From: an uncultured Actinomycetes bacterium
Lineage (GTDB): Bacteria > Actinomycetota > Acidimicrobiia > IMCC26256 > PALSA-610
Assembly (NCBI GenBank): GCA_963781425.1
Contig: CAWAGX010000011.1
Location: forward strand, 10,476 to 74,475
Direction of reading: 5' to 3'
DNA: 64,000 nt
Under the pieces are notes generated by a model that saw nothing but the letters and a program-made list of their open reading frames with translations, searched no databases and was not told where the DNA came from. A program made the position numbers and the translations under genes. This document shows positions 38,087 through 49,940 of the stretch, in pieces. How positions within the stretch are numbered: position 1 is the stretch's first letter; each line of letters starts with the position of its first letter.

Positions 38087-38770
38087 TCAGCTCTCCTCGT
38101 CGACGAATCGGTAGCCCATGCCGGGTTCGGTGATGAAGTAGCGCGGGCGCGACGGGTCGGGCTCGAGCTTCCGGCGGATCTGACTCATGTAGATGCGCAG
38201 GTAGTGCGTCTCGCGCTCGTACTCGGGGCCCCACACCTGTTGCAGCAGCTGCTGCTGCGGCACGAGCTTGCCGGTGTTCCTGGCAAGCACCTCGACGATC
38301 TGCCACTCGGTCGGCGTGAGGTGCACCTCGCCGTCGGGACGGCGAACGTGCTTGGCGCCGAGGTCGATCGTGAAGTCGGCGGTCGTGATGACGGGCGCCT
38401 CCTCACCGGTCGCGGCCCGGCGCAAGGCGGCTCGCACGCGTGCCAGGAACTCGTTCATCCCGAACGGCTTCGTGACGTAGTCGTCGGCGCCGGCATCGAG
38501 CGCCGCGACCTTGACCGACTCCGCGTCCCGCGCCGAGAGCACGACGATCGGCACGTTGCTCCACCCGCGCAACGCGGTCGCGACCGCGACGCCATCCATG
38601 TCGGGCAGCCCGAGGTCGAGGATGACCGCGTCGGGGTGTTCCCGCGCCGCGAGCGCGAGGCCCTCGGCGCCGTTCGCCGCGAGGACGACGGTGTAGTCGT
38701 GGGCCTCGAGGAAGATTCGCAGTGCCCGCCGCAGCGGTGCCTCGTCCTCGATCACGAGCAGCTTGCTCAC
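38087..38770 (-). CDS. kdpE: OmpR-family response regulator KdpE
   Basis: GTG 38770 overlaps the kdpD stop (GTGA). KLLVIEDE, AVILDLGLPDMDG, VVLSAR, DDYVTKPF, LTPTEWQIVEVL and GMGYRF. Confidence 0.85.
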   Translation of the reverse strand: MSKLLVIEDEAPLRRALRIFLEAHDYTVVLAANGAEGLALAAREHPDAVILDLGLPDMDGVAVATALRGWSNVPIVVLSARDAESVKVAALDAGADDYVTKPFGMNEFLARVRAALRRAATGEEAPVITTADFTIDLGAKHVRRPDGEVHLTPTEWQIVEVLARNTGKLVPQQQLLQQVWGPEYERETHYLRIYMSQIRRKLEPDPSRPRYFITEPGMGYRFVDEES

Positions 38771-41280
38771 GGCGTCGGCTCCGGTCTCGCGAACGTGAAC
38801 ACCATCGTCGTGCCGCCGCCGGGCGTGTCGTCGACGCGTAGCTCGCCGCCGAGGGCCTCCGTGAACCCACGCGCCACCGCCAGGCCGAGGCCCACACCAC
38901 CGGGTGACGCGTCCCCGAGCCGCTGGAAGGGCTGGAACACCCGGTCGCGATCCTCGGGCGAGATGCCCGTGCCGCGGTCGATCACGCGCAGGACCAGACG
39001 GTCGCCGACAACCCCGGCGTCGATCCGCACGGCCGTCTCGGGAGGTGACCACGACAGCGCGTTGTCGACGACGTTCGCAATCGCACGCTCCAGCAACGCC
39101 GGGTCGGCGCGCACCCGGGGCAGGCAGTCGGGGACGTCGACGACCACTGCCGCGGCGCGTTCGCCGAGGCTGACGAGCGCGCGGCCGACGACCTCGTCGA
39201 GCGCGACATCGGTCGTCGCGAGCTCGAGCGCACCGGCCTGCAGGCGGCTCATCGCGAGCAGGTTGTGCACGAGCTCGTCGAGGCGGTCGACCTCTTCGTC
39301 GATCGTCTCATGCAACTGGTGCACGGTGTCGTCATCGAGGTGCAGGTCGTCGGCGAGCAAGGTGGTCGCCGCGGCCTTGATCGACGCGAGCGGAGTGCGA
39401 AGATCGTGCGACACGGCCCGCAGGAGCGCGGTACGGAGCGCGTCGGCCTCGGCGAGCGTCGTCGCCGACGCGGCCTCGGCGCGGAGCTCGCGGCTCGCGA
39501 GCGCGACAGCGAGCTGCGACACGAACGCGTTGAGCACCCGACGTTCGTCGGCGGTGAGGTTCGGCCCGACGTACGCGAACACGTCCTCATCGGGAAGCTC
39601 GGCGGTTGCGCTGGCCTCGCCCGGATTTGTCGGCCCCGGCATGCCGGCGTGCGCCACGACGGACCACGCCTTGTTCGGCGCGGCCCGCAGGACCGCGACC
39701 GACTGCAGACCAAAGGTCGCGAGGAGCTGTTGCATGATCTCCGGCAGCGGGTCACCCTCGGACAAGAGCGCGCCGGCAAGCCGCACCAGCGAGCCGGCCT
39801 CGCTCCGCGCCCGGGCCGCCTCGATCGCGCGGCGCGTGGCCAGCGTCACGAAGACACTCACGACCGCGGCGACGACGAGGAAGACAACGAGCGCGACCAG
39901 ATTCTCGTGCTGCTCAATCGTCCACTCGTGGAACGGCGGGGTGAAGTAGAAGTTGACGAGCAGGAACGCGGCGACCGCCGACACCATCGCGACCCACGCA
40001 CCGCCGATGGCCGCCACTACCACGACGACGAGCAGATACAGCAGGAGGTCGCTTCCGAGCGACACACGATCGCGCTGTTGTGCGAGCACGATCGTGAGCA
40101 GCGGCAGGACGGCGAGCGCGACCACTGCCGCGATCAACTGCCGTCGCTTCGAGATCCCGAGCGACAGCCGCGCCGGGCGGTGCTGTGCGCCGGCGCCTCC
40201 CCTTCCTCCTGGGTCGAGATGACGTGCACGTCGATGTCGCCGGACGCGCGCACGACACGGTTGATCACCGATCCGCGGAAGAGCGTCGCTCCAGCGCGAA
40301 CGGCGGCTCGAACCCAACACGAGCTGCGTAGCGTGCTCGCTGCGCGCGAATGTGACCAGGGTCGGTGGCCGGTCCGGCGCCGACGACCTCGTGATACGTG
40401 CCGCCGAGATCCTCGAGGAGCTTGCGGTGGCGTTCGAGCAGTCCTGGCGGCGGACCGGCCAGTCCCTCGCCGGCACGCACGTGCACGCCGAGCAGGTCAC
40501 TCTTCGTACGCGTCGCCATGCGCGAAGCGCGCCGAACGAGGTGTTCGCCACCGGGCGCGCCGGTGAGCGCGACCACGATGCGTTCGCGCGTCTCCCACGC
40601 CGCGGTGATGCCGTGGTCCTCCATGTATTGCTGGAGGCTCTCGTCGACCTTGTCGGCGACCCAGAGCAGCGCGAGCTCTCGCAACGCCGCGAGGTTGCCG
40701 GGTCGGAAGTAGTTCGCAAGCGCGGCGTCGACCTTCTCGGGCCGGTAGATGTTGCCGTGCGCCATGCGCCGGCGCAGCGCCTCCGGCGTCATGTCGACGA
40801 GCTCGACCTGGTCGGCGCGTCGCACGACCTCGTCGGGCAGCGTCTCCCGCTGCTGTACGCCGGTGATCCGCTCGACGACGTCGTTGACCGACTCGAGGTG
40901 CTGGATGTTGACCGTCGAGATCACGTCGATACCGGCATCGAGCAGCTCCTCGACGTCCTGCCAGCGCTTCTCGTGCTTCGAGCCGGGCACGTTCGTGTGG
41001 GCGAGCTCGTCGACGAGCACCTGCTTGGGCTTGCGGCCGCAGGATCGCGTCGATGTCCATCTCCTCGAAGTCGCGTGCCGCGGTACTCGATGACCTGGCG
41101 GGGCACGACCTCGAGGTCGCGGATCTGCTCGGCCGTTCGAGGCGCCCGTGGGTCTCGACGAAGCCGACCACGACGTCTGTACCCCGCGTCGTGGCGGCGG
41201 CATCCCTCGTTCAGCATCGCGAACGTCTTGCCGACGCCCGGCGCGGCGCCGAGATACACGCGGAGGCTGCCGCGGGCCAC
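38767..41280 (-). CDS. kdpD: Sensor histidine kinase KdpD, several frame breaks in the N-terminal half
   Basis: N-terminal segment LRVYLGAAPGVGKTFAMLNEG, then Usp-like, DUF4118-type TM helices, GAF-like, H-box SHDLRTPLASI and G-boxes DRGTGI, GGVGLGLAV. ORFs 40921-41280, 40265-41392 and 38767-40719 carry successive parts. Confidence 0.8.
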
Positions 41281-41404
41281 GTTCTACTGCCCGCGATCGA
41301 GGGCGAGGTTGAGTTCGAGCACGTTCACAGTCTGCTCCCCCAGGAAGCCCCAGTGGACGCCCTTGCGTGTGCTTGCCGATCAGCGCCCGCACTGATGCTT
41401 CGCG

Positions 41405-42055
41405 TCAGGCCCCGAGCGCCGGCGACGCGCGCGCGGCCTGCAGCCGCGCGTTCGCGACTGAGATCTGCGGGTCGAGCCCCGACGCCGATGACGTGACCGC
41501 GTCGACCGGCACCTCGCGTGCCGGGGGCCAGGCCGTTGAGCTCCCGGTACGCCATTGCCCGTTCCGGCACGGTATTCGGATCGCACACGTAGGTGCCGTC
41601 CTTGTTCTTCTCGTACACGGGATTGCCGGCGGCATCGGTGATCGGGTTGTCGGACTCGTCGGTCGACTCGACGGGCAGGCAGTATGGGTCGGCGGGCGTT
41701 GCGTACGGATTCGTCGGGGTGTCGATGCTGACACCGGGGACGTTCCCGATCAGCTTCGGGTTCGACGGCCCGAGGTTCGTGCCCCAGCTCGACATCGCGT
41801 CGTAGCCGTCGCCCGCGGCCGACGGACGGGGCTGGAAGTACTTCGGTAAGCGGGTTGCCGTCGGCGTCGGTGAAGCTCTGGCCGATCAGCGACGAACCGA
41901 CGATCTTTGCCGTCGACCGTCACGAGCGATCCGTTGGCGCGCTTCGACATGAGCCCTTGCGCGACGCCGGTGACAGCCAGCGGATACAGCAAGCCGACCA
42001 GCACCATGAGCACGACGGTCATGAGCAAGCCGGTGAGAAGTTGACGGCGCAGCAT
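41405..42055 (-). CDS. kdpC: K+-transporting ATPase subunit KdpC, frame-disrupted
   Basis: [33 protein letters not shown] at the start. [29 protein letters not shown] at the end, in a different frame. A Pro/Asp-rich insert lies between them. Confidence 0.7.
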
Positions 42056-44156
42056 CACTTCACCCCCAAGGCGACGACGATGAGGTCGATGAGCTTGATC
42101 CCGATGAACGGGGCAATGATGCCCGCCGATGCCGTAGATCAGGATGTTGCGGCGCAGGACCGCTGCCGCACCCATCGCGCGGAACTTCACCCCCCGCAAG
42201 CGCCAGCGGGATCAGCGCCACGATGATCAGGGCGTTGAAGATGACTGCGGACAGGATCGCCGAGTGCGGGTTGTCGAGCTTCATGATGTTCAGCGTGTCG
42301 AGCGGCGGGAACACGCCGACGAACATGGCGGGGATGATGGCGAAGTACTTCGCGACGTCGTTCGCGATCGAGAACGTCGTCAGCGAGCCCCGCGTGATCA
42401 GCAGCTGCTTGCCGATCTCGACGATCTCGATGAGCTTCGTCGGATTCGAATCGAGGTCGACCATGTTGCCGGCTTCTTTGGCGGCCTGGGTGCCCGTGTT
42501 CATCGCGACACCGACGTCGGCCTGCGCCAGCGCGGGCGCATCGTTCGTCCCGTCGCCGGTCATCGCCACCATCGACCCGCCGACCTGCTCGCGCTTGATC
42601 AGCGCCATCTTGTCTTCGGGTGTGGCCTCGGCGAGGAAGTCGTCGACGCCGGCTTCCTTCGCGATCGCGGCCGCGGTCCGCGGGTTGTCGCCGGTGATCA
42701 TCACCGTGCGGATGCCCATGGTGCGCAGCTGGTCAAAGCGTTCGTGCATGCCTTGCTTGACGACGTCCTTCAGATAGATGACGCCCAGGACATGGAGCCC
42801 GTTCGCGACAACGAGCGGGGTGCCGCCCTGCGTCGCGATGCCGTCCACGATCGTCTCGAGCTCGTCGGGCACTGACCCGCCCTGGTCTTCCACCCAACGA
42901 CGCACGGAATCGGCAGCGCCCTTCCGAATGGAATGACCTCCGAAGTCGACGCCGCTCATCCGAGTTTGGGCGGTGAACGGCACCAGTTCGGCGTTCGGGA
43001 TGTCGCGAACGGCCAACCCGTAGTGGTCGTGTGCGAACGTCACGATCGAGCGACCCTCGGGGGTCTCGTCGGCGAGGCTCGAGAGCATGGCGGCGTCGGC
43101 CAGCGTGTGCTCTTCGACACCGGGGACAGGGAGAAACTGCGCGGCCTGGCGGTTGCCGTACGTGATCGTGCCGGTCTTGTCGAGCAGGAGCGTCGAGCAG
43201 TCACCGGCCGCCTCGACCGCGCGACCGCTCATCGCGAGCACGTTGCGCTGCACGAGCCGGTCCATGCCCGCGATACCGATGGCCGAGAGCAGCGCACCGA
43301 TCGTCGTCGGAATGAGGCACACGAGCAGCGCGATCAGCACGACGAGGTCCTGGCTCGCCTTGGAGTAGATCGCGAACGGCTGGAGCGTCACGGTCGCGAG
43401 GAGGAAGATGATCGTCAGCCCGGCCAGGAGAATGTTGAGCGCGATCTCGTTGGGCGTCTTCTGACGGGAGGCGCCCTCGACGAGGGCAATCATGCGGTCG
43501 AGGAACGTCTCCCCCGGCTTGGCCGTGATCTGCACGACGATCTCGTCGGAGAGCACGCGGGTGCCGCCGGTGACGGCCGAACGGTCGCCGCCCGACTCCC
43601 GGATGACCGGGGCCGACTCCCCCGTGATCGCCGACTCGTCGACGGTGGCAATGCCCTCGACGACCTCACCGTCGCCGGGGATGAGCTCGCCCGCGGTGAC
43701 GACGCACAGGTCCCCGAGCTGCAGGTCGTTCGAGGACTTCTCGACGATCGACCCGTCGGCCTGACGGATGCGCGCGATCGTCTCGGAGCGGGTCTTGCGG
43801 AGCGTGTCGGCCTGTGCCTTGCCGCGCCCTTCGGCGACCGCTTCGGCGAAGTTCGCGAACAGCACGGTGAACCACAACCACGCCGACACGAGGCCGGTGA
43901 AAACGCTGTCGGACGCCTTTGCCGAAGGGAGTTTCTGAAAGAACAGGATCGTGGTGAGGACGCTGCCGACCTCGACGATGAACATCACCGGGTTGCGCGC
44001 CATCTGACGCGGGTTGAGCTTCTTGCACGAGTCGACGATTGCTCGCCGCACGATCGCGGGCTCGAACAACGAGCTTGCACCCGCGGCACGTGTACGCACC
44101 TTCGGAGGGCGCTCGCGCGATTCCGGTTGATGGAGTGCTCCGGGTGTGGTTGCCAT
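42055..44156 (-). CDS. kdpB: K+-transporting P-type ATPase subunit KdpB, frame break(s) in the last ~50 codons
   Basis: [20 protein letters not shown] and [17 protein letters not shown]. The true C-terminus ...[26 protein letters not shown]...LGVK ends with TGATG at 42055, in another frame from ORF 42060-44156. Confidence 0.85.
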
Positions 44157-44165
44157 GCCCGCTCC

Positions 44166-45881
44166 TCAGAACTTCCCGACGAGCTGCTCGACGAGCGGAC
44201 CGAGCGCGATGACGGGGAAGTAGGTCAGTCCGACGACGATGACGACGACGCCGGTGAGCAAGCCCGCGAACAGTCCCGTGTTCGTCGGGAACGTGCCGGC
44301 GGACGCCGGGACCGCCTGCTTACGTCCGAGCGAACCTGCGATCGCGAGCACGGGAATCATCAACAGGAACCGCCCGACGAGCATGCAGATGCCGCCGGTG
44401 GTGTTGTACCAATTGGTGTTGCCGGTGAGGCCACCGAACGCCGAGCCGTTGTTGTTCGCCTGGGACGTGAACGCGTACGTGATCTCGCTGAGGCCGTGCG
44501 GACCCGGATTGGCGATCGAAGTCATTGCCGTCTTCATGACGACCGACACCGCCGTGAACGCGAGGATCACGAGCGGCACAAACAAGATGTACAGCACGAC
44601 GAGCTTCATCTCCGGGGCCTGGATCTTCTTGCCGAGGTATTCCGGCGTTCGACCCACCATCAGGCCGGCGATGAACACCGACAGCAGCGCGAAGACCAGC
44701 ATCCCGTACAGGCCCGAGCCTGTCCCACCGGGAGAAACCTCGCCGAACATGATGTTGACGAGCGGTACCGCGCCCCCGGCGGGCGTATAGCTGTCATGCT
44801 GCGAGTTGACCGAGCCGGTCGACGTCCCGGTCGTCGACGCGGCGAACAATCCAGACGCGGCCGGACCGAACCTCGCCTCCTTGCCCTCCATGTTGCCGCC
44901 CGCCTGCGTGGCGCTCACCGTCTGCGTCACGCCCGCGAGATCGAACTTGTTGTTGCCCTTGGCCTCGAACGGCATCACGATCATCGCGGCAGCGAGCCAG
45001 AGCACGAACATCGCGCCCAGCACCGCGAGACCTTGTTTCACGTCGCCGGCCATCTTGCCGAACGTCCACGTGAGCGCGAACGGGATCGCGAGCAGCATCC
45101 ATATCTGGAGAACGTCCGTGATCGGATTGGGGTTTTCGAACGGGTGCGATGAGTTGGCGTTCAGCGGTCCACCACCGTTCTCGCCGATCTCCTTGATCGC
45201 TTCCTGGCTCGCGATCGGACCGCCGGGAAGCTTCTGCTCCCGACCGGCGATCGTCGTCACGGTCTTGGCGCCATGGAAGTTCTGTATCGCACCCTGACTC
45301 ACGAGCACGAAGGCGAACACAAACGCCATCGGCAACAGGATGCGCGTGGTCGTGCGCGTGAGGTCCACCCAGAAGTTCCCGAGCGTGTGCGTGCGCGGGC
45401 GGACGAGGCCGCGGATGAGCGCCACCACCACGGCCGCGCCGGCCGCGGCCGAGACGAAGTTGTGGAACGCAAGCCCGGCCATCTGGCTCAGGTGCGACAT
45501 CGTCGACTCGCCGGCGTAGTTCTGCCAGTTCGTGTTCGTCAGGAAGCTGATCGACGTGTTGAAGGACAGGAACGTGCCGACACCCTTCTGGTGGTCGGGA
45601 TTCAGCGGCAGGTGCTCCTGGAGCCGCAGCTGCGCGTACAGCACGATCACCGAGACGAAGCTGAACGCCAGCAACGAAAGCGCGTAGGTCTGCCACCGCT
45701 GTTCGCTGTCGGGGTCGACACCACATACGCGGTAGATCGCGCGCTCGACTGGGAGGAACACCCGATCGCCGGGCGCTCGCTTCGAGCCGTACACCTTCGC
45801 CATGTAGGTGCCCAGGAGTGGCGTGCTGATCGCCAAGAGGCCGACTACGAACGCGAGCTGGGTCCAGCCCGCGGCCGTCAC
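44166..45881 (-). CDS. kdpA: K+-transporting ATPase subunit KdpA
   Basis: Intact 571-aa ORF with typical KdpA sequence (LGTYMAKVY..., [38 protein letters not shown]). Confidence 0.9.
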   Translation of the reverse strand: MTAAGWTQLAFVVGLLAISTPLLGTYMAKVYGSKRAPGDRVFLPVERAIYRVCGVDPDSEQRWQTYALSLLAFSFVSVIVLYAQLRLQEHLPLNPDHQKGVGTFLSFNTSISFLTNTNWQNYAGESTMSHLSQMAGLAFHNFVSAAAGAAVVVALIRGLVRPRTHTLGNFWVDLTRTTTRILLPMAFVFAFVLVSQGAIQNFHGAKTVTTIAGREQKLPGGPIASQEAIKEIGENGGGPLNANSSHPFENPNPITDVLQIWMLLAIPFALTWTFGKMAGDVKQGLAVLGAMFVLWLAAAMIVMPFEAKGNNKFDLAGVTQTVSATQAGGNMEGKEARFGPAASGLFAASTTGTSTGSVNSQHDSYTPAGGAVPLVNIMFGEVSPGGTGSGLYGMLVFALLSVFIAGLMVGRTPEYLGKKIQAPEMKLVVLYILFVPLVILAFTAVSVVMKTAMTSIANPGPHGLSEITYAFTSQANNNGSAFGGLTGNTNWYNTTGGICMLVGRFLLMIPVLAIAGSLGRKQAVPASAGTFPTNTGLFAGLLTGVVVIVVGLTYFPVIALGPLVEQLVGKF

Positions 45882-45970
45882 AGCTTCTCCGGGAACAACA
45901 GCGCGTACACGAGGTACGCGGCCGCGAGCACACTCAACACGATGCCGATCACGGCTTCTGTCCCGGTCAT
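45878..45970 (-). CDS. kdpF: K+-transporting ATPase subunit KdpF (30 aa)
   Basis: Not in the ORF track. The reverse complement reads [30 protein letters not shown] stop. Its TGA overlaps the kdpA GTG (GTGA). It has the typical single-helix KdpF ending in PE(K/R)(F/L). Confidence 0.75.
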   Translation of the reverse strand: MTGTEAVIGIVLSVLAAAYLVYALLFPEKL

Positions 45971-46113
45971 GCGGCTGCCCGGTCCTCGTCGACGTCGGTG
46001 TCGACCCGTTGCGACTCGACGTCGGGCCCGATGATTCGTTCGCACGCCTTCACGAACAGCACGGCGAGGGCGAAGAACGCAACGATGATGGCGAGGAGAA
46101 TCACATCGACCAT
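45967..46113 (-). CDS. Small single-TM protein translationally coupled to kdpF
   Basis: ATG 46113 gives [48 protein letters not shown] stop. The TGA overlaps the kdpF ATG (ATGA). The upstream remainder of ORF 45967-46461 is Arg-rich and unconvincing. Confidence 0.5.
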   Translation of the reverse strand: MVDVILLAIIVAFFALAVLFVKACERIIGPDVESQRVDTDVDEDRAAA

Positions 46114-46513
46114 GCCGGCATCATCGACCCTTGCCCGAGCGGACGCAGCGGCTCTTGATGCCTTCCTTGCGACCGGGTGGTGGTTCTTTACGCGTCCCTT
46201 GCGCCGGACGCGGACGTCCCCACAGTCAGCGCGCATGTCCCCGCCCCTTGGTCTCATCCGCCGGTGTCGTGACCGACACATCGGAAGCGCCTTCCCCGAC
46301 ATGCCCCGGAGAGGCCCCGTGCAGCACGAAGTCCGGATAGCAGAGCGCCCCGAACTCGGGAACGTCGAGGCCCTCTCTCTCAGCCTCCGACGAGACGCCC
46401 AACTCGACGACGGCTTGCCTTCGTCGAGATCTCGCGCTTGGGTCAGCCGCGTGAACGGCATCTGTCCGAAGAAATACGGCGAGCCCCGAGGGCTCGTTGT
46501 GACGGTGCAGTCG

Positions 46514-46987
46514 CTACGGACCGGTGGTCGTCCAGCGGTTCAGCTCGTGCACCCGCGCGAGGACCGTGTCGAAGGCGTCGAGCGCCTTGCACGCCGCCGC
46601 GTGCTGGGCGGCCCGGGCGCGTTCGATCGCCTTGTCGCGCGCAGTCGGTCCGAGACCGGCGAGGCTGATCACGCGGGGTGTCGGAAGGCGCGAGAGCGCG
46701 GACGTCGTGCGATACTCGGCGAGCGCCGCCTTGACGAGCTTGCGGAGCTTCCTGTCGCGCAGCCTGCGCGAGCGGTGCTCCAGCTCGGACTCGACGTTCC
46801 GGCGCTCCTCGGTCAGGTAGCGGTCCTGTGGCACCCCGCCCTGCGCGATCACCTCGGCCAGGAAGTTGTAACAGTCCGCTGCGAGACCTTCGACCTCTGA
46901 GGCGCGTCCGGCGCGCCACCAGAAGAAGGTGCCGGCGAGCGCCGTGACGGCGAGCAAGAGCGTGGCAACCGGAACCGCGATATTCAC
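46514..46987 (-). CDS. Hypothetical membrane-anchored protein
   Basis: GTG 46987 overlaps the bcp stop (GTGA). It has an N-terminal helix IAVPVATLLLAVTALAGTFFWW and then a helical soluble domain. No family is recognised. Confidence 0.5.
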   Translation of the reverse strand: MNIAVPVATLLLAVTALAGTFFWWRAGRASEVEGLAADCYNFLAEVIAQGGVPQDRYLTEERRNVESELEHRSRRLRDRKLRKLVKAALAEYRTTSALSRLPTPRVISLAGLGPTARDKAIERARAAQHAAACKALDAFDTVLARVHELNRWTTTGP

Positions 46988-47454
46988 CGCTCCTTCAGCG
47001 CTCCTTCGACCTTGGGCACGGTGTCCTTCGGGCTCACCTTGTAGAAGACGCCCGCGAGCTTGCCCTTTTCGTCGACGACGAACGCTGAGCGGACGATGCC
47101 CATGAATTTGCGTCCGTACAGCGACTTCTCGCCCCAGACACCCCACGCCTCGGCCGTCTCGTGATCGACGTCGGCAAGCAGCGGGAAGCCGAGGACGTAC
47201 TTGTCGTCGAACTTCTTCTGCTTCTCGACGACGTCCGGGCTGATCCCGACCACCGCGGCGTGGAGCTTCTTCAACTGCGGGAAGGCATCGCGCAGGTTGC
47301 ACGACTGCTGCGTGCATCCGGGCGTGTCAGCCTTTGGATAGAAGTAGACGACCAGCGGCCGGCCCTTGAAGCCGGAGAGCCGCACGGTCTTGCCGTGCTG
47401 ATCCTTCAAGGCGAACGCCGGTGCCTTGTCGCCGACAGCCAGTTTGGTCATCAT
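46984..47454 (-). CDS. bcp: Thiol peroxidase Bcp (peroxiredoxin)
   Basis: GDKAPAFALKDQHGKTVRLSGFKGRPLVVYFYPKADTPGCTQQSC with GGAGGG upstream of ATGATG. Only the C-terminal 156 aa of ORF 46984-47970 look coding. Confidence 0.85.
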   Translation of the reverse strand: MMTKLAVGDKAPAFALKDQHGKTVRLSGFKGRPLVVYFYPKADTPGCTQQSCNLRDAFPQLKKLHAAVVGISPDVVEKQKKFDDKYVLGFPLLADVDHETAEAWGVWGEKSLYGRKFMGIVRSAFVVDEKGKLAGVFYKVSPKDTVPKVEGALKER

Positions 47455-47487
47455 CCCTCCGGGGCGGTTGCACGAGCCGCCCGTAGC

Positions 47488-49089
47488 ATGCCGCGCGTGT
47501 CGAGACTTTCGCCGCATCGCCTTGCCGCGCCCCCCGATGCTGTGCGCGCGGCAGCGATCGAGCGACTCGGCGGAACTCCACAACCCAATGGCACTGTGGT
47601 AGTCGAAGCACCGCCCGAACGGCAACCGGCAATTGGCGTCACCATTGTCGTAATACCCGACGGGGACGGCTGCCACGTCACGGTGACACCGGCCGGCGGC
47701 ATCGACGTTCCATTCTTTGGGTTCTTCTTCAGACCGCTCGTTCGCGTCGCGCACAACAGAATGGTCGCGCACACCCTCGCGATGCTCGAAGCCGCGCTCG
47801 ACGACAACCCGGACCCAGATCCTCCCAAGCCGGTCGTCGGGCTCCCCCCGGTCGTGTTCTCTCCCGAACAGGCGACGCTGCTCGCGACCGCGTCGGCCGC
47901 GGCCGCGGTCGTCGGTTTTGCAAGCGCGCTCTTCGGGCAGCTGTCGGGTCCGATCAGTGACAGCTTCCATGCTTCCGACTCGCGCATCAGCTTGCTGCTC
48001 GCGATCACGCGCATCGGTGCGCTTTTGGCGCTGCCGGTCACCGTGCTCGCAGACCGGCGTGGCCGGCGCCGCTCCATCCTGATCGGGGTGGTCGGATCGT
48101 CGCTCGCGTGTGCCATCTCCGCGGTCGCGCCGAACCTGTTGATCTTCACCAGTGCCCAGGTCCTCCAGCGCGGGTTGTTGATCACGACCGCCACCGTCGC
48201 GGGCATCGCGGTGATCGAGCAGTCGCCGGAACGGGCGCGTGCGTATTCCGCGTCAATGCTCGCGCTGGCGGGTGGCTTCGGGTTCTCGCTTGCAGTGGTG
48301 GTATTGCCGCTCGCCGATCTCGGCGACTGGGGCTGGCGGCTCCCGTTCGCGCTCGGCTCGTGCACGGTGTTCCTCGCCCCGAACATTGCGCGCCACCTCG
48401 CCGAGACGACGCGGTACACAACACTCACCACGCGCGCCGAGGTCGTGCGTGGCCGTTTGCGCGACGTCATCACGCGCCATCGTCGCCGGTTCGTGCTGCT
48501 CGGTGCCGCCGCCTTCCTCACGAGCCTGTTCAATGCGCCGTCGTCGCAGCTGATGAACCAATACCTCCTGGACGATCGCGGGTTCTCGAACACTGGCGTC
48601 GCGTTGTTTCGCAGCGTCACGACCGCCGTGCCCGGCCTCATCGGCATCCTCCTCGGCGGCCGTCTCGCCGAAGCACGAGGACGGCGACCGGTCGCGGCGA
48701 TCGCGCTCGCGATCTCCACCGTCACGCAGATGGTCTTCTTCCTCATGGGTGGACCCGTGATCTGGCTGATGTCGGCGGTCTCGGTCTTGACGGCCGGCGC
48801 GGGCGGTATCGCGTTGGGCACGCTCGACGCCGAGCTCTTCCCGACCGAGGTGCGCGGGACGTCCAACGCGTTGCTCACGATCGTCGGCGTCATGGGGTCC
48901 GCAGCCGGCTTCGGCATCGTCGCAGGCTTCCGCGATCCCCTCGGCGGGCTCGGTCCCGCCATCGCGTTGACCGGGATCGGCTCCGTCATCGCGGCCATCG
49001 CGGTCGTGCCGCGACTTCCCGAGTCCGTTGCGCAGAATCTCGACGACGTGAGCCCCACCCAGTACGGCGAGTACGGTCCGAGCCCATGA
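47488..49089 (+). CDS. MFS transporter with ~90-aa N-terminal extra domain
   Basis: About 12 hydrophobic helices and an MFS loop motif LADRRGRRRSIL. ATG 47488 is the first start outside the bcp gene. Confidence 0.7.
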   Translation: MPRVSRLSPHRLAAPPDAVRAAAIERLGGTPQPNGTVVVEAPPERQPAIGVTIVVIPDGDGCHVTVTPAGGIDVPFFGFFFRPLVRVAHNRMVAHTLAMLEAALDDNPDPDPPKPVVGLPPVVFSPEQATLLATASAAAAVVGFASALFGQLSGPISDSFHASDSRISLLLAITRIGALLALPVTVLADRRGRRRSILIGVVGSSLACAISAVAPNLLIFTSAQVLQRGLLITTATVAGIAVIEQSPERARAYSASMLALAGGFGFSLAVVVLPLADLGDWGWRLPFALGSCTVFLAPNIARHLAETTRYTTLTTRAEVVRGRLRDVITRHRRRFVLLGAAAFLTSLFNAPSSQLMNQYLLDDRGFSNTGVALFRSVTTAVPGLIGILLGGRLAEARGRRPVAAIALAISTVTQMVFFLMGGPVIWLMSAVSVLTAGAGGIALGTLDAELFPTEVRGTSNALLTIVGVMGSAAGFGIVAGFRDPLGGLGPAIALTGIGSVIAAIAVVPRLPESVAQNLDDVSPTQYGEYGPSP

Positions 49090-49940
49090 CCGCGCGCACG
49101 ACGACCATCGTCGCCGACGGTTTCGCCTTCCCCGAGGGGCCGCGCTGGCACGAGGACCGCCTCTGGTTCTCCGATCAGCACGACCGCCGGGTCGTGGCAA
49201 TGGGCACCGACGGCGCATCCGAGACGATCGTCGAGGTGCCGCAACAACCGTCCGGGTTGGGCTGGCTCACCGACGGCCGCATGCTCGTCGTCTCGATGAT
49301 CGATCGGCGCGTGTTGCGTCTCGAGCGCGACGGAAGCCTCGCGCTGCACGCGGACCTCGGAGCACTGGCGCCCGGCCAATGCAACGACATGGTCGTCGAC
49401 GCTCACGGCCACGCGTACGTCGGCAATTTCGGGTTCGACATCTACTCCGGTGAAGCACCGCGCGACACGTGCGTGATCGCCGTGGAGCCGGACGGCACCG
49501 CGCGGGTCGTCGCGGAATCGGTTGCGTTCCCGAATGGATCGGCGATCACACCCGACGGACGGACACTGCTCGTCGGCGAGAGCATGGGCCGGCGCATCAG
49601 CGCGTTCGACATCGCTCCCGATGGCAGCCTGGCGAACCAACGGGTGTGGGCGCAGCTGCACGGCGCGACCGTCGACGGCATGTGCCTCGACGCCGAAGGT
49701 GCGATCTGGATCGCGTGCCCCGGTACCGGGCGTTGCCTCCGGATCCGCGAGGGCGGTGACGTCGTCGACGAGGTCAAGGGCACGCATCCCGGAGCGTTTG
49801 CCTGCATGCTCGGAGGCGCCGACCGGCGCACGTTGTACGTCTGCACGGCACCCAGCCATGTGCCCGACGAGTCCCGAGCTGCGCGCCAAGGGCGAATCGA
49901 GGCCGTCGACGTCGACGTGCCCGGCGCCGGTTTGCCGTAG
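49086..49940 (+). CDS. SMP-30/gluconolactonase/LRE-family beta-propeller protein
   Basis: ATGA overlap with the MFS stop. FPEGPRWHEDRLWFSD, NDMVVDAHGHAYVGNFG, FPNGSAITPDGRTLLVGES and DGMCLDAEGAIW. Confidence 0.75.
   Translation: MTARTTTIVADGFAFPEGPRWHEDRLWFSDQHDRRVVAMGTDGASETIVEVPQQPSGLGWLTDGRMLVVSMIDRRVLRLERDGSLALHADLGALAPGQCNDMVVDAHGHAYVGNFGFDIYSGEAPRDTCVIAVEPDGTARVVAESVAFPNGSAITPDGRTLLVGESMGRRISAFDIAPDGSLANQRVWAQLHGATVDGMCLDAEGAIWIACPGTGRCLRIREGGDVVDEVKGTHPGAFACMLGGADRRTLYVCTAPSHVPDESRAARQGRIEAVDVDVPGAGLP

Noticed and set aside
46230-46461. Possible ~80-aa minus-strand ORF read in two frames: MPFTRLTQARDLDEGK..., then ...ELGVSSEAEREGLDVPEFGALCYPDFVLHG.
   Set aside because: It needs an assumed frameshift, has no recognisable family and has weak start context, so it cannot be supported.
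46114-46513. Possible c-di-AMP (ydaO-type) riboswitch or other riboswitch in the kdp leader.
   Set aside because: I looked for the conserved ydaO-type sequence blocks on the minus strand and could not align them convincingly by eye. Only generic GC-rich complementarity is present, so this is left as a check in a finding and not annotated.
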